DNA from: the human T2T-CHM13v2.0 reference genome, Homo sapiens
Length of the DNA stretch: 64,000 nucleotides
NCBI RefSeq assembly: GCF_009914755.1
Contig: NC_060947.1
Direction: 5' to 3' (one strand)
The first letter of the stretch is position 1, and the number at the start of each line of letters is the position of its first letter. This document shows positions 1 to 13,872 of this stretch, piece after piece. The notes below the pieces were generated by a model. The model saw only the letters and a list, made by a program, of their open reading frames with translations. It was not told the origin of the DNA and searched no databases. A program made the translations under genes and the position numbers.

Positions 1-839
1 AGTACATATAAGAAAAAAGGGACCAATTAAAGAAATATCTCATTAGAAGATTTGTTTGTGAAGGAAAAGTGACAGGTCTCTCTGGAATTTTGAAATTGAA
101 TGACTGGAATGATAATGATATTAAAAACTGAGAGGCAAAAGTCAGAAATAAGACTTGATTTATGAAGGAAATTAATTAGGACCCTATGATGTTCAATTGA
201 GAGCTCATGAGACATCGAAGTTTATCTTGAGGACAGATCTGACTTTTATAAAGTTCTGTATTTTCTGGCAATAAAAATGAATCAAGGAGAGGCTTCTCCT
301 GCCTCCCCCATTCTGGCTTCTCTATAAATTAACACATGCAATTATTGAATATTTGCATTATGTGCCACATTTAGTCTTTATAACCATAAAAGAACCATAC
401 TATGAATTGCATTTTTGTACAAATGTTTTTAAGATTTTTCTTTTCCTTCTTCTCTCTAAATAAGCAAATGAAAATTTGTTATCTGATCCTGAGTGAAAAT
501 TCTTGTGTCTCAGTCTCCCAGTCTTTGTCTCTGAGAAGAGACAGGAATCAGATCAGGCCCCTTAGGTACAATGGGCACTGTAGAACCCAGGCTGCCCACT
601 TAAACAGGCAGAATGAAAAAGAACACAGAGAAAACAGTGTCTGCCTTATGAGTTAATTTGATTCCTCTTGCTGACGTTGCTGACTATTAGAATCCCAAGA
701 TTCTGGACGTTGGTGACCAGGCTGATTATTCTGCATTTATCTGCCTGAGTAGGGCAATCTCTGAAATCAACCTCTTTTCTGCCTAGTTAGTGTCTGACAG
801 AACTACTCCCTGCCTACTGGACTGCCTATTGATCCTTTT

Positions 840-1320
840 TATTTAAAATCAAAACATTTTATTATTGAAAATTTCAAATACATACATAGAAATAATATAA
901 TGAGCCCTACGTATCCATTAGTCAACATCAACATCAACATTTATCAGTATTAGACCAATCTTTCTTCATTGCTTCATTTATCTGCCCCCTTTTAAAGCAC
1001 ATCCCAGACATCATATCATTTTACCCATGAATAATTTAGTATGTGTCTCTGATAGAAACATATACACATACACACATGAATATGAATGTATACATACATG
1101 TATATATATACTTATATATACACACATATGCATATTACATCTAATACATGTAGCAATAGTCCCTTAAAACTTACTTCATATTGTATTTGTATTACATTTT
1201 CATGATTATCTCAACGATATCTTTTTACAGTTGGTTGGCTTGAATCCAAACAATGTCCACATATTAAATTTGGAAGTTAAGTCTCTAGTCTCTTCTATTC
1301 TCCAACAGTCTTTTGCTCCC
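840..1320 (-). mobile_element. Old L1M (L1MC/ME-type) 3' end fragment containing a (TA/CA)n tract
   Basis: Resembles an antisense old-L1 3'UTR (ttttattattgaaaatttcaaata...aaagcacatcccagacatcatatcatttt). TA/CA repeat at about 1060-1130. Confidence 0.5.
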
Positions 1321-1994
1321 TAACCTTACTTTATGCTTTTGTGTCTTTAAGTAAGAAGGCCATACCCTTACTCAAAGTATATAAGTATATACTGCCAAGC
1401 ATTTATTTGCTTTTCTGGAATCAAACTCCTTCTTACTCATCTATCTAGTGGCTGAAGAAATATTCCTGCTTGGTTGGATTCTACACACTGTCTCCTTCCA
1501 GTAAGGCCTGTCTGACTCTCAGCCAGTCTTGTGGGACAAGTGCTTTCCAGTCTAGAAGTACTCATTAACCTCTACGTATTTTTTTTCTTTGTTTTAACCC
1601 AAATGCCAATGGTATTTCTTATAAATACTGTCTTATACAAGGATAAGTGTTATTTGAATACCTTGGTATTTTACTTCATTATTGTAAGACCTTGAACTAA
1701 CTATTTTGGAAATAAAGTGTAACCATTAAATCATTGAAAGAATGTCAATATTAACAAAAAGGAGTTTTCATGAACAGAGACGTCACATCGAATAATAATA
1801 TAAAAGCATCACATATTTATTGGCATTGGAAACCAGACCATCAGATCTAATTTATTCCTTAAAATTTTGTTTCTCCTACCAAAATGCAGTATAATAAACT
1901 CAAACAGGTTACATATTAGTATTCCAAATTATATCACTGCAGAAGTTGCTGAGCTTTCAAGATATACATCTGTTTAATAGATACAGCCCTCAAC

Positions 1995-2110
1995 TTTTTT
2001 TTGCCCCCAGAGACAGGGTCCTGCTCTGTTGCCCAGGCTGGAGTGCAGTGGCACTATCACAGCTCACTGTAACCTTGAGCTCATGGGCTGTAGCTAGTAC
2101 TACATGCCAC
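1995..2110 (-). mobile_element. Degenerate Alu monomer fragment (FLAM/AluJ-like)
   Basis: T-tract followed by agagacagggtcctgctctgttgcccaggctggagtgcagtggc. Confidence 0.85.
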
Positions 2111-2394
2111 TTTTAATTGTGGATCTTTATTTTGTACAAGTCACTGCTTCATTTCTTTTCATTTCTGCAAGAAAAGTATACTTTCATTTGTTTCTCATCA
2201 CCCTTACAACCTCTGGTGATGACATAAACAGGATGTTAGCAAGGTGTTTAAAATACTTTCAAAGATTGCAGCTATGCAGTTATAACTAAAGCAATCTTAG
2301 CTTGAAAAAATGACATATTTAATTCCAAATATAATTAATGTAGTGATTAAGCAAAAATAATAAAATGTCTAGATTCTACGAAATTTAAGAATCC

Positions 2395-2763
2395 TGATGT
2401 GGTCTGGCTGTGTCCCCACCCAAATCTCCTCTTGAATTTTAGCCCCCATAATTCCCATGTGTCATGGGAGGGACCTGGTGGGAGGTAATTGAATCATGGG
2501 GTCAGGTTTTTCCCATGCTATTCTCGTGATAGTGAAAAAGTCTCACAAGATCTGATGGTTGTACAGAGGGGAGCTCCCCTGCACAAGCTCTTTTGCCTGC
2601 TGCCATATAAGACGCGACTTTGCTCCTCATTTGCCTTCAGCTGGGATTGTGAGGCCTCCCCAGCCATGTGGAACTGTGAGTCAATTAAACCTTTTTCCTT
2701 ATTTTTATAAATGACCCAGTCTCAGGTATGTCTTTATGAAAAGTGTGAGAACAGACTAATACA
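2395..2763 (+). mobile_element. THE1 (MaLR) solo LTR
   Basis: TGATGTGGTCTGGCTGTGTCCCCACCCAAATCTC...GACTAATACA, with a perfect 5-bp TSD AATCC (2390-2394 and 2764-2768). Confidence 0.95.
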
Positions 2764-3213
2764 AATCCCTGGTCCAGTGATGATACAGTTAGTTTCAAGA
2801 GCACTGACAGGGCAGTGTTGTAACTTCTGTGTGTCTAGGTATGTGTCTAACAATAAGCATTGTTATTTCTAGGTGAAATCGGAACTGCTAAATCAAATAA
2901 TACCATGAGCAGGAGAGCTTGTGTTAAAAAAGAGAAAAAAAAAATTGTTTTTCGATGGAAAGCTTTAAATTAGCACTGAGAGATTATTTATACCTTTAAA
3001 ACATAACTCTTATGAGACAAATTTTCAGTGTCTCTTGAATTCATTATCTTGTATAGAATACTAACAAAATGACAACTTAAATCAGAGAGAAAAGCTTATA
3101 AATTCAAGAAGGCCTAATTGAAATAATAGAGGGATTGACATATTTCAGAAACATTAAGGAAGAACTACAGTGACTCCTAAAGCTAGAAAAAGAATATTAG
3201 TTTAGAAATTACA

Positions 3214-3575
3214 TTTTTAAACTTTTATTTTAGGTTCAGGGGTATATGTGCAAGTTTGTTATACAGGTAAACTTGTGTCATGATGGTTTGTTGTACAGAT
3301 TATTTCACCACCCAGGCACTAAGCCTAGTACCCAATTGTTACTTTTTCTGCTCCTCTCTCTTCTCCTACCCTCCACCTTCAAGTAGGCCCCAGTGTCTGT
3401 TGTTAGCCTCTTTGTGTCCATGAGTTCTCATCATTTAGCTCCCACTTATAAGTGAGAACATGTGGAATTTGGTTCTCTGTTCCTATACTAGTTTGCTAAG
3501 GATAATAGCCTCCAGCTCCATCCATGCCCTGCAAAAGAAATGGTCTCATTCTTTTTTTATGGCTGCATAGTACTC
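3214..3575 (-). mobile_element. L1 3' end (older L1PA type), 5'-truncated
   Basis: Antisense L1 3'UTR and ORF2 end (tttagctcccacttataagtgagaacatg...atggctgcatagta). Confidence 0.9.
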
Positions 3576-3577
3576 TA

Positions 3578-4045
3578 TTTTTTTGTGCCCTCTTTAACTT
3601 ATTGTATAAATGTTTTATAGCTTTCATTGTAGAGATCTTTTACTTCTTTGGTTAAATTTATTCCTAGGTATTTTATGTTATTTGTAGCTATTGTAAATTA
3701 GATTACTGTCTTGATTTTTCGGATTGTTCACTGTTGGCATATAGAAATGCTACTGATTTTGTATGTTGATTTTGCATCCTGCAACTTTACTGAATTTGTT
3801 TATCAGTTCTAATTGTTATTTTGGTGGGGTCTTTAGGTTTTTCCAAATATAAGATCACATTATCTACAAATGAGAATAATTTGACTTTTTCTTTTCCAAT
3901 TTGGATGCCCTAAAGGTATTCTGTTTTTAATTTCAAGTTCCACTTGTTCATTGCTGGTACATAGGAAAGTAATTAACTTTTGTATATTAAACTTATATTA
4001 TGCAAACTTGCTATAATTGCTTATTAGTTCCAGGATTTTTTTTCC
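3578..4045 (-). mobile_element. L1M ORF2 fragments
   Basis: Antisense ORF2 motifs (ttgtagagatcttttacttctttggttaaatttattcctaggtatttt; gcaactttactgaatttgtttatcagttct). Confidence 0.8.
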
Positions 4046-4875
4046 AATAAATATTTAAGTTACACTAATGCATAGATTGGAAGATGTCATGTGTATGTGT
4101 CTGGTGAATACACAGGGAAAGCTGCTTATTCTATGTCAGGTGGACTTTAACTGAAAGTCTTCAAACTTCTGCTTCTCTTCATTTAATTTGTGGCTATTTC
4201 CATATTGTCCTCTTGCTCAAGGTTATTAAACATTTTTAATTGTACAATTTATGTAATTGCTAAGCATTGCACAATAAAAGGTAAAAATAGATTCTATCTA
4301 CTCAGTGGTTCAAACTGTTAGAATTTTATGTCTTTCCATTCAATGTTGTCATCCTTATTGTATACACATTTATTGAATTAGCACTACCTTTTGATCTCAA
4401 CGATACATCAAAGTACTTCTCTGAATTATTATATCAATTTCCAAACAATTGTTTCCAGGGGTTGGATAACATTCTGTTGAGTTTCATTAATGAAATTAGT
4501 TATTAATTAACTAATGAAATCAGACATTTAAGTAGTTCCCATTTTCCCATTCTTTAAATAAACTTATGAAGGTTATCTTAATGCATAAAAGTTTTACATG
4601 TATCAAATTTTGCCTTAAGATAGAATATAGTATGTATTGAATATATTAGAGAAAAAACAAAATACCCAAGCGTTCCCTCTGGATAGGGCCCTTTGTTTCA
4701 GTGTTTTGTTTTGTTTTTTTTCCCTCCATCCCCTTTGTCATTATTTCCAGCCATAACAATTGTTATTTTAGTGTCCTCACCTAAGGGAAGAAACTCTTCC
4801 AAATTGAGCTCTGGCTAGGGTGTAGTTTTCTCTCATGTTCACTCTTAAGGATTGTCTTTGAGTACATTTCACTTT

Positions 4876-5070
4876 TTGAGGCAGCAGGTTTTGGTGAGAA
4901 GAGCTTGAATCAGCTTGTCATTTACTTTTGTGTTGTGCACAGTCTCTGTTTTCTCATCTCTAAAATGAGAACAGCACCTATCAATAAGGATTGCTGTGGC
5001 ACTTAACAAATAATAACATCTATGCCTTCACCCAGCATACATAATGCTAGATATATCCACAGCTCTCATA
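4876..5070 (+). mobile_element. MIR fragment
   Basis: MIR core-like tctctgttttctcatctctaaaatgagaacagcacct...ggattgctgtg. Confidence 0.55.
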
Positions 5071-5135
5071 AAATATAACTTGAATTGCATTCAAGGGCTA
5101 ATTTATTAAATAGATGCTTTCTAGACCTTTTAGAG

Positions 5136-5335
5136 TAGTGCTGTCTGAGAGAACTTGCTATTGTGATGGAAATGATCTTCACTGTCCAATATGGTAGCCA
5201 CCAACCACATGTGAATATTGAGCACTTGAAATGTGATCACTACAGCTGAAGAACTGAATTTGTAATTATATTTAATTAATTTAAAGTTAACTAGCCATAC
5301 CTGGCTAGTAGCTATTTCAATTGGCCAACACAATT
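5136..5335. mobile_element. MER3 hAT-Charlie MITE
   Basis: gtgctgtc...gatggaaatg...ctgtccaatatggtagccac...gagcacttgaaatgtg...AT-rich core...ggctagtagct matches MER3 as I recall it. Confidence 0.85.
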
Positions 5336-6704
5336 CTAGAGAATATGTCCTTGATTTTGTTGTCTAAACAATGAATACTGGTATAATGATGGGAATTTCT
5401 GCATAGGAAAATCCACAGGTATCCCATGAAAGCTGATGAAGGAAATGCTCTGGGACTGAGAGGACTATGTGAAACATTTCAGTCATGGCTCTTTAGGCAG
5501 ATATCTACTGTTTCTCCACATAAAGCTGGCGCTGGCCTTATGAGTACAGCTACCAGGCAAACTTGATCGTGTTAGAGTCACACACAATGTATTCCTCCGA
5601 CCAGGGTAATTGTCTGGAAAAAAGTTAAATAATGCATGAATGGTTTATTACAAAAATCAAAACTAAATATCTGAATGAACCAATTTTGTCCTGTTGAATA
5701 TAAAACCACATTTTCAGAAAATGAAAAAGACAACAAATCTTAGTAATAATAAGCTATGATAAACCATTTGAATGCTCAGTGATAAACCATCTTGCTTGCT
5801 CAGTGAGGCATTCTCTTGAAGCAAAATTGATGGGTGAGATTTAATTTACATCATGCAAAATATAATAATGGGAGCAATGTTTGAACTTAATTGCTAAGAA
5901 AGTGAATAAATATTGGATTAAAATGTTAACGTGATTCTACTGTATTTAATGTTTGCTTGCCTAAAATAAGTCAATTTTAAATTCACCTTTAGTAATATTA
6001 CTAACCGCATTGCATTTATAAATGTTGAAAATATTCCACTGAATTTCAGTGGTATAGTTATTACAGTATTATCAATATATACTTGCAATTTATAGAGGTA
6101 TAGGAAAAACCAGCCACTACATTTTTACATAATTAATACATGGGGATTATTGACTTAGTTTCATAGAATTTGTGTATATAACAAAACTTTGTTAAATACA
6201 TGTGAACCTCTGATAATGTGTTTTAAGTGATTAATTCTAAACCTATCTAAGATATTATAATATGGATTATTAATGAAAGGAAAAATATACCTAATAATCA
6301 CACTTTTGATAGTATTTTAAATTTAGTAATCATCATAAAAACTATTTGAGAACAATGACAGGACATGGTCCTCATTCGAGTGTTTATTTTCCTTATTAGA
6401 GTTGTCCTAATTTGCTATCTGATACTTTAAATAATCTATTAGAAAGTCAACCTGGTTTTATAGAAAAGCAATAAGCAAGGACTCAACAGCTCTAAGTTTT
6501 ACCCTCAGTGGTAGGCAGTCATAGTATTTAAAGTCAAACTGATTCACATGCTGATTTCAAAAATTAAAAATGAGATAACATATATAAAGAACTTGCCATC
6601 TTTCCTTGACAATAGTAAGGCACCAAAGAAAGCTGTTATTGCTTTAGTAGCAGTAGTAATGATAGAGGTAGATTATTTTTCTAATTAGATTCTTTGAAAA
6701 GTAC

Positions 6705-6940
6705 TGTCAAAAATTATGCTAGATCAACTTGATATTCATATAAAAAATCAACTATTACCTCACACTAAACAAACAGATTAACTTATAATAGATCAGAAAC
6801 CTAAAGGTAAAGTCTACAACCATAAATCTTACAGAAGGAAACATGCATATATCCTTACAAACTTGAGGTACTCAAAGATTTCTGAGGACACAAAAAGCAT
6901 GAATAATAAAAGAAAAAATTGCTAAACTGGATTGCATCAA
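6705..6940 (+). mobile_element. Old L1M ORF2 fragment
   Basis: acctcacac...tagatcagaaacctaaaggtaaa...caaagatttct...aaattgctaaactggattgcatcaa resembles the ORF2 C-terminal region. Confidence 0.6.
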
Positions 6941-7357
6941 GACATAGACCTATCATAGAGACTGTCACAGAGTTTGGTTTATTGTAACTAACGGGGATAA
7001 TGGGGCCTCAAATAATAGGTTAGGTGGCTATATATTGTCCCATTAACCTCTTTCTTGGAAGTTTCCTCTCAGAAGAGAAGACATGGGGATTATGAAAGAG
7101 CTGCTCCCTGAACATCTGTACAAAAGTGGATCTGTATGATACGAAAGGTAGACTGTGGCAGCTATGGAGGTGTGCCTAAACCCCACATTTCTAGGGAGTC
7201 TGAGCCTCTAGTAATCATACCCTTCTCAGGCTGGGGTTGTGAAAGTCTTAGTCAGAAAAATAAGAAGTCATCCCTTGGTATCCGTGGGTGATTGATTCCA
7301 ACAACCCCATGGATACCAAAATCCACACTTTCTCAAGTTCCTGATATAAAATGGTGT

Positions 7358-8239
7358 CACTATTCACAATAGCAAAGGCAAGGAATCAGCCTAGGTGCCC
7401 ATCAGTGGTGGACTGGATAAAGAAAATGTGGTACATATATACCATGAAATACTATACAGCCATAAAAAAGAACAAAATCATGTCCTTTGCAGAAACATGG
7501 ATACAGCTAGAGGCCATTATCCTAAGAAAATCAATGCAGAAACAAAAAATCAAATTCTGCATGTCTCACAAGTGGGAGCTAAACAATGGATGCTCATGGA
7601 CATAAAGATGGCAAAAAGAAACACTGGGAACTACTAGTTGCAGGGGAAGGATGGGGGACAAGGGTTGGAAAACTAACTTGAGTATTATACTTACTACCTG
7701 GGTGATATGGTTTGGAGTTGTGTCCCCTCCAAATCTCCTGTTGAAATGTTATCCCCAATGTTGGAGGTGGGGCCTAAGTGGGAGGTATTAGATCATGGGG
7801 ATCAGATCCCTCATGAATGGCTTAGCACCATCCCCTTGGTGATGAGTGAGTTCTTGCTCAGTTAGTTCATGTGAGATCTGGTTGTTTACAAAAGTCTGGG
7901 ACTTCCACCTTCTGTCTCTCTCGCTTTCTCTCTCACCATGTAATATGCTGGCTCCGCCTTAAGCTTCCACCGTGCTTGTAAGCTTCCTGAGGCCTCACCA
8001 GAAACCAAACAGACGGCACCACATATCCTATGCACCCTATAGAACTGTGAGCCCATTAAACCTCTTTTCTTCATAAATTACCTAGGCTCAGATATTTCTT
8101 TATAGCAATGCAAGAATGGACTAATACATTAGGTGACAGGATCAGTGATACCCCAAACCTCAGCATCACACAATATATCAAGGTAACAAACCTGCATATG
8201 CATTCCCTAAATTTAAAATAAAAGTTGAAATTATATAAA
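7358..8239 (+). mobile_element. 5'-truncated L1 (L1PA15/16-like 3' end) inside MER2
   Basis: ORF2 C-terminal peptide (ORF 7351-7605: FTIAKARNQPRCPSVVDWIKKMW), 3'UTR, and TSD AAAATGGTGT at 7348-7357 and 8240-8249. Confidence 0.9.
7703..8128 (+). mobile_element. MST (MSTA/B) MaLR solo LTR inside the L1 3'UTR
   Basis: TGATATGGTTTGG...GGACTAATACA. The L1 3'UTR resumes on the other side; degenerate TSD ctggg/ttagg. Confidence 0.9.
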
Positions 8240-8954
8240 AAAATGGTGTAGTATTTTCACATACCTTATGTACATCTTCTTATATACTTTAAATCATGTC
8301 TAAATTACTTATAATACCTAATACGATGTAAATGTGTAAATGCTATGTAAATAGTTGTTATACTGTATTGTTTAGGGAATAATGAAAAGAAAATAAGTCT
8401 GTATATGTTAAGTACAGATGCAATCATCCTTTATTTCTTGAATATTTTTAATCCCTAGTTGGTAGAATCCACAGATGTGGAACTCACAAATATGGAGGAC
8501 CGTTTGTATTTGTCAACTACAAAAGAGTTCTTTTGGTTTGTATAACATTCATTTGGTAAGCCCCTTCCTTTTCTCATTATCCTTCTGTAAGATGTCAATA
8601 CAACTTAGTGGTAACCAGCCAACTCCATAGTGCTTGTATGCATTTTCTTCCCATACCTTTAAAATGCCTAAATGATTATACCAGCAAGAGTGTTCTGTTC
8701 AACCCAACATTCTCCCAGTTTAACACAGATGAACATTTTTAACAAGCTTGCTGATATGCACTGAAGTGTCACATGCCAAAGGGATATGAGCGGGACATTA
8801 TCAACATCTGCTACATACTACTGACATATAATACTGAACAGATGCTGGAGCTTTAAAACGGAATTATTGAATGACTATCTAGGCTTGGAAGAGAACTTTC
8901 CTATTTGTTTGAGGGATTATTTCAGTTCCCATGTTGAATGGACTTTTAGTGTTT

Positions 8955-8983
8955 TTGTTGTTGTTGTTGTTGTTGTTGTTGTT
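8955..8983. repeat. (TTG)n microsatellite
   Basis: Direct reading. Confidence 0.95.
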
Positions 8984-10096
8984 TTGTCAATCTGACTTTC
9001 AAGCTGAATGATAGCTATAGACATGGGACTCTTCACCCTGAACCTCCTGTGGTGTTCTAGTTCTCAGTCACCCTCAAATGTACCTCACTTTAAAAAATAT
9101 GCACCTTGAAGAAAATTGTACCTGTGTGTCCCTAAACTTCTGGAATTCTCCAAAGAATATGAAATAAAACGTTCACCATTTTATGATAGTAATAATCAGA
9201 ATAGAAGGTTATATTCTATCGATGATCATAGTAAGTGCAAGCTATTTTAGGAGAAAACTATGAGAACAAACAAAGTAAGACATTTTTGGTAATTTCTTCT
9301 ATGGATTTTTCAAGAGCGAGACTAAATTATACCTTGACTAACTATTGAATATTTAAAAACTGCAGGGTTCTTTCAGTGCACATTCACACTGCCTTGTCAT
9401 CATGCTGACAAAATTTGCTAAACAAGTACTGCTTAAGAGGATTTTGCATTACTGAGAGAAAAAGGTAACCCATAATACAAATCATTAAACTGCAAGAGAA
9501 GCAGGTCTGTTGTTAATACTTACAAAATTGATTTGTACTGCTTGATATCCTAGAGGCAATAGAGAAACTTTGTAGCACTTAGCTACAAAATAAACCCTTT
9601 ATCTTGCTGTCCTGTATATTTTCTTTTCTATGGCTCATAGAGATCTGAATAGTTGGTCTTCATATTTCTGCAGCATATAGATACCTTAGAAGAGTCCATA
9701 CAACGTTCAACAAATATTACCTATTGTTAATAAAAATTGATTGTATCCATTTTCAACCTTACAAAATTAACAACAGTGCCCCAGAATTGTGCTCATGGTG
9801 GATTAAATAATACGACAGTGAATCAGATTGTGGGTATTAAGAAAATTACCATGCTTGAAGCTACTATGGGGACCTCCAATGTCTACACAAATGTGTCTTT
9901 AGAAATAGCTTTAGTTGTAAAAGCTCCAGGGCACATGGCAGCCCCAATGCCTTTCTTTCAACATATCTTCCCCCCAGCAAAAAAAATTGATTTTTAATAA
10001 ACCATTATATCTACTATAGCTCACTTTCATCTTAATTGTATAATTTTTAGTTTTTATAAATAGCCATATGTCTCTCCAAATGAGAAGGATACAAAG

Positions 10097-10487
10097 TGCT
10101 ATGGTTTTAATGTGTTCCTCAAAGTACATGTGTTGGGAACTAGATCCTCAATGTGGTAGTGTCGGGAGGTGAGACCTAATAAAAGGTGTTTGGGTCATGA
10201 GGGCACAACTCTTATGAACGGATTAATGTCATTATCATGGGAGTGGGTTTATTATCATAGGAGTGGGTTGCTTCTAAAAGGATTAGTTTGGCCTCCTCTT
10301 GTTCTCTCTCTCAAACTCTGTTTGCCCTTCCATTTTCCATCACGGAATGATGAAGCAAGAGCCCTTACATGATACCAGTACCTTGTTCTTGGACTAGCCA
10401 GTCTCTAGAGCCGTAAATCAATAAATTTCAGTTATTTATAGAGTATCCAGTCTGTGGGATTATGGCAGCACAAAATGAACTAAGGCG
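10097..10487 (+). mobile_element. MaLR solo LTR (MSTC/D or MLT1A-like)
   Basis: TGCTATGGTTTTAATGTGTTCCTCAAAG...gggtcatgagggc...aataaattt...gcagcacaaaatgaactaagg. Confidence 0.85.
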
Positions 10488-10659
10488 CAAGACTACGTCA
10501 TCCATTATGACCCCATCCACATAGGTTAAAGAGAATAATCAAAGAAGAGCTGGCCAAACAAGAACTCTCTCCATTGCCATTTCTCTGAAAGTCCCAATGG
10601 CTGCATCAGACTCTGTTTTGGTTCATCATGTTCCTTTAGCAGCCTCATATAACCTGTAC

Positions 10660-10895
10660 TCTGATAGTCAAGAATGGAGGTTCTGGATACAAGCAGGCCT
10701 GATTCAAACCCTCACTCTGCCAAGCTTAACATCTGACTGACCACGAGCACACGATTTAAGTTCTCTAAGTTTTAGTGTCTTACTCAACAAAATCCAAATA
10801 ATACTGTGCAGTGTTAATAATAGGGCTGGTGTGAGGATAAAGTGAGATAATTACGGTAATGTTTGGCTTATCTTAAATGCTAAAACTGTTACTTT
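10660..10895 (+). mobile_element. MIR
   Basis: gattcaaaccctcactctgcc...ttaagttctctaagttttagtgtc...gtgaggataaagtgagataat. Confidence 0.7.
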
Positions 10896-13406
10896 TAAAA
10901 CATTAAGCTTTTCCTATTGTTTTCTAGCGTGTGCCTCCTCCACAGAGAAGAGCCAGAATAGTAAGTAGACACATTTTGACCAGATGGTCTAGGAGAGAAC
11001 ACTTGGATTCACCAGAGAAGAGATGGGAAGCACTGGAAGTACATAAGGACAGGGTTCAAGGCAGCTTGCCCCGCTGGGAACTGGCTGAGACCTAAGAGTG
11101 GCTCCTGGACACAGGGAAACAGCAAGAGAGAAATACCCAGGGCTCTGAAACAGGCTTTTATGATCTTGGCTATGGGAGAAACCCTTGACCCACAAGGGCC
11201 TTGTGCCTGACATCTGGAGCTGCATAAAGATTGCACAGAGATGTTGCTCCAGAAAGGGAACCCATACAGAATCCCACACACATCCAAGCCTGGAGCAGCC
11301 TCAGCTGGGAGCCATTTTGAGAACCCAGATGCCAGAGATTTATGGACATGGCTGCAGCCACTGCAGTGCTACAAGGAAGGACAGGGGAAAACAGGCTCGC
11401 TCATTCACGCTTGGGAGAGTATTGCTGCTCTGCCAGGAGCTGCTCTTGAGACTGAGATGTGAGTGGACCACACTCCCCACAGCTTCTTGCTCAAGCTGCT
11501 TGCCCAGGTGGTATCCTACCCTCCCTGGCCCAAGGCTCAAGGTACCATTTTGGGAGTTTAACTCTAGGCTGCACCCTGCCTTTGGCCTAAGCTTTGATGT
11601 AGCTGCAGCCACTGCCCAGCCAAGGAGGGAGCGGGAGACCAGGCCATCCCATGCACATCTAGGACAATACCCACTGCTCTGCAACACACTGCTGTCAGAC
11701 TGAGATACAAACCACACTCTCCACAGCTTTTTGCCCACATTGCTTGCTTGAGAGGGGTCCCACCCTCTGTAGTTACAAGCCCACAGCTGGCAACATTTTG
11801 AGAGTTCAGAGGCACTGTTTGGTGACATGGCATTGTAGTCTGGGGCCAGAGATTGGAGTGCTTCCTCTGGAATTGGGGGAGAGTCCCCACAGCCAGAATT
11901 GAGCAGTGAGTGTGGAGAGTGCCTCAGCAGTAGGTGATGGAATTAAGCACTCTCCCATCACAGGACTGGAGAGTGATGGAAGTTGCTGAAGCTGAAGTTT
12001 CTCCTGGGCAGCCAGACTTGCAACCAGGGACAGCTTTGCAACCTGGAACCATTCTGTATGTGTCATTACTGGATGCCCCAGCTGGTTCCCTTGGTCAGTT
12101 GGGGGACAGTACCCCACTAGCTCTGAGGAGTGGAAGGGAGGTAGACTCTACTCCCCTGGAAATCTACCCCTCAACATGGATCATCCTTAAGGGACCAGGT
12201 AGCACAGCCCGCCAAAGCCCAGTTTGAGTAAAAGGAAATGCAAACATGGCGCTGGCCACTGAAGGGGGCACCACCAAAGGGCAGGAACGAATGTGGAGAA
12301 GGGGAATTCTTTCAACCCCCCCAACACCCTCCTCGGTGCACGGTCATGGACTCAGCAGCGACTCTTCCTGTGGAGACCCAAGGAGTGTGGGCTAAGAGTC
12401 CACTTCTCCAAGGGCTTCTTCAGCGGCTCCACCCACAATGAAGGTGAATGCGCCCTAGGGGACGGTGTTTTTTGTGCGCCATTGCCTCTGCCTTGCCTCA
12501 ACCTGCTGGCGCCATCTCCTGGAAGCAGCCTAAATTACACCAACAAATGAAATTAGATTGCTGCAACAAGCAATGTCTGAGAAAGCCACTGCACCAACCT
12601 AACTTCGACCATGGAACCCGTACAGAGCCTTGGCACATTGAAAGCATCCGGAAATAAAGCCAAATGATCATACACATTATATACCGCAGTCATACCCCCA
12701 AGGGAGAAAAGAATAAGACATCAAGAAGCCTCATCCTAACAATAGCAAATTAAAAAAAAAAATGCATCAGCTCTCTGAGATAAGAAGGAACCAGCACAAG
12801 AACTCCAGCAATACAAAAAGCCAGAGTGTTTAATCACCTCCAAAGGATCCCATTAACTCCTAAGCAATGTATCATAACCAGAGTCAAATGTTTGAAATGA
12901 CAGATATAGAATTCAGAATATGAATGGCAAAGAAACTCAACAAGATCCAAGAGAAATCCAACACAAAGAAGCCAGAAAAACGACCCAAGATTTGAAAGGA
13001 CAACATAATTACATTAGGAAAGAACCACACGGAATGTCTGGAATTTAAAAATTCACTTTAAGAATTCAAAATATGATCATAAACCTTAACAAATGACTAG
13101 ACCAAGCAGAAGAAAAAAATTCAGAGCTCAAGGATTGGTCCTATGAATTGCCTCAGTTAAAAACACAAAAACTAAAGAAAAAAGAATAAATAAAATGAAC
13201 AAAGCCTTTGAGAAATATAGGATTATATTAAGTGACCAAATCTATGACTTATTGGCATTCCTGAGACAGAAGAAAAGAAGATAAGCAACTTAGAAAACAT
13301 ATCTGAAGATATAAATCAGGAAAATTTTCCCAATCTTGCTAGAGGGGTTGACATACAGCTAGAAGAAATCTGGGGAACTCCTATGAGATACTGTATAAGA
13401 CAATGA

Positions 13407-13872
<466 letters not shown>

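Larger units (their letters stand above)
7265..8506. mobile_element. MER2 (TcMar-Tigger MITE) split by an L1 insertion
   Basis: Left part agtcatcccttggtatccgtggg...gatataaaatggtgt (to 7357). Right part tagtattttcacat...aatccacagatgtggaactcacaaatatggaggaccgtttg followed by TA. Confidence 0.9.

Noticed and set aside
6960-7200. Possible ERVL internal fragment plus LTR start
   Set aside because: Similarity is too short and degenerate to call without a search.
10989-12657. Dense overlapping ORFs of 60-172 aa on both strands
   Set aside because: They lie in a GC-richer L1 5'UTR where stops are rare, and no protein motif is recognisable. The same applies to 19582-20945 and 44881-46985.
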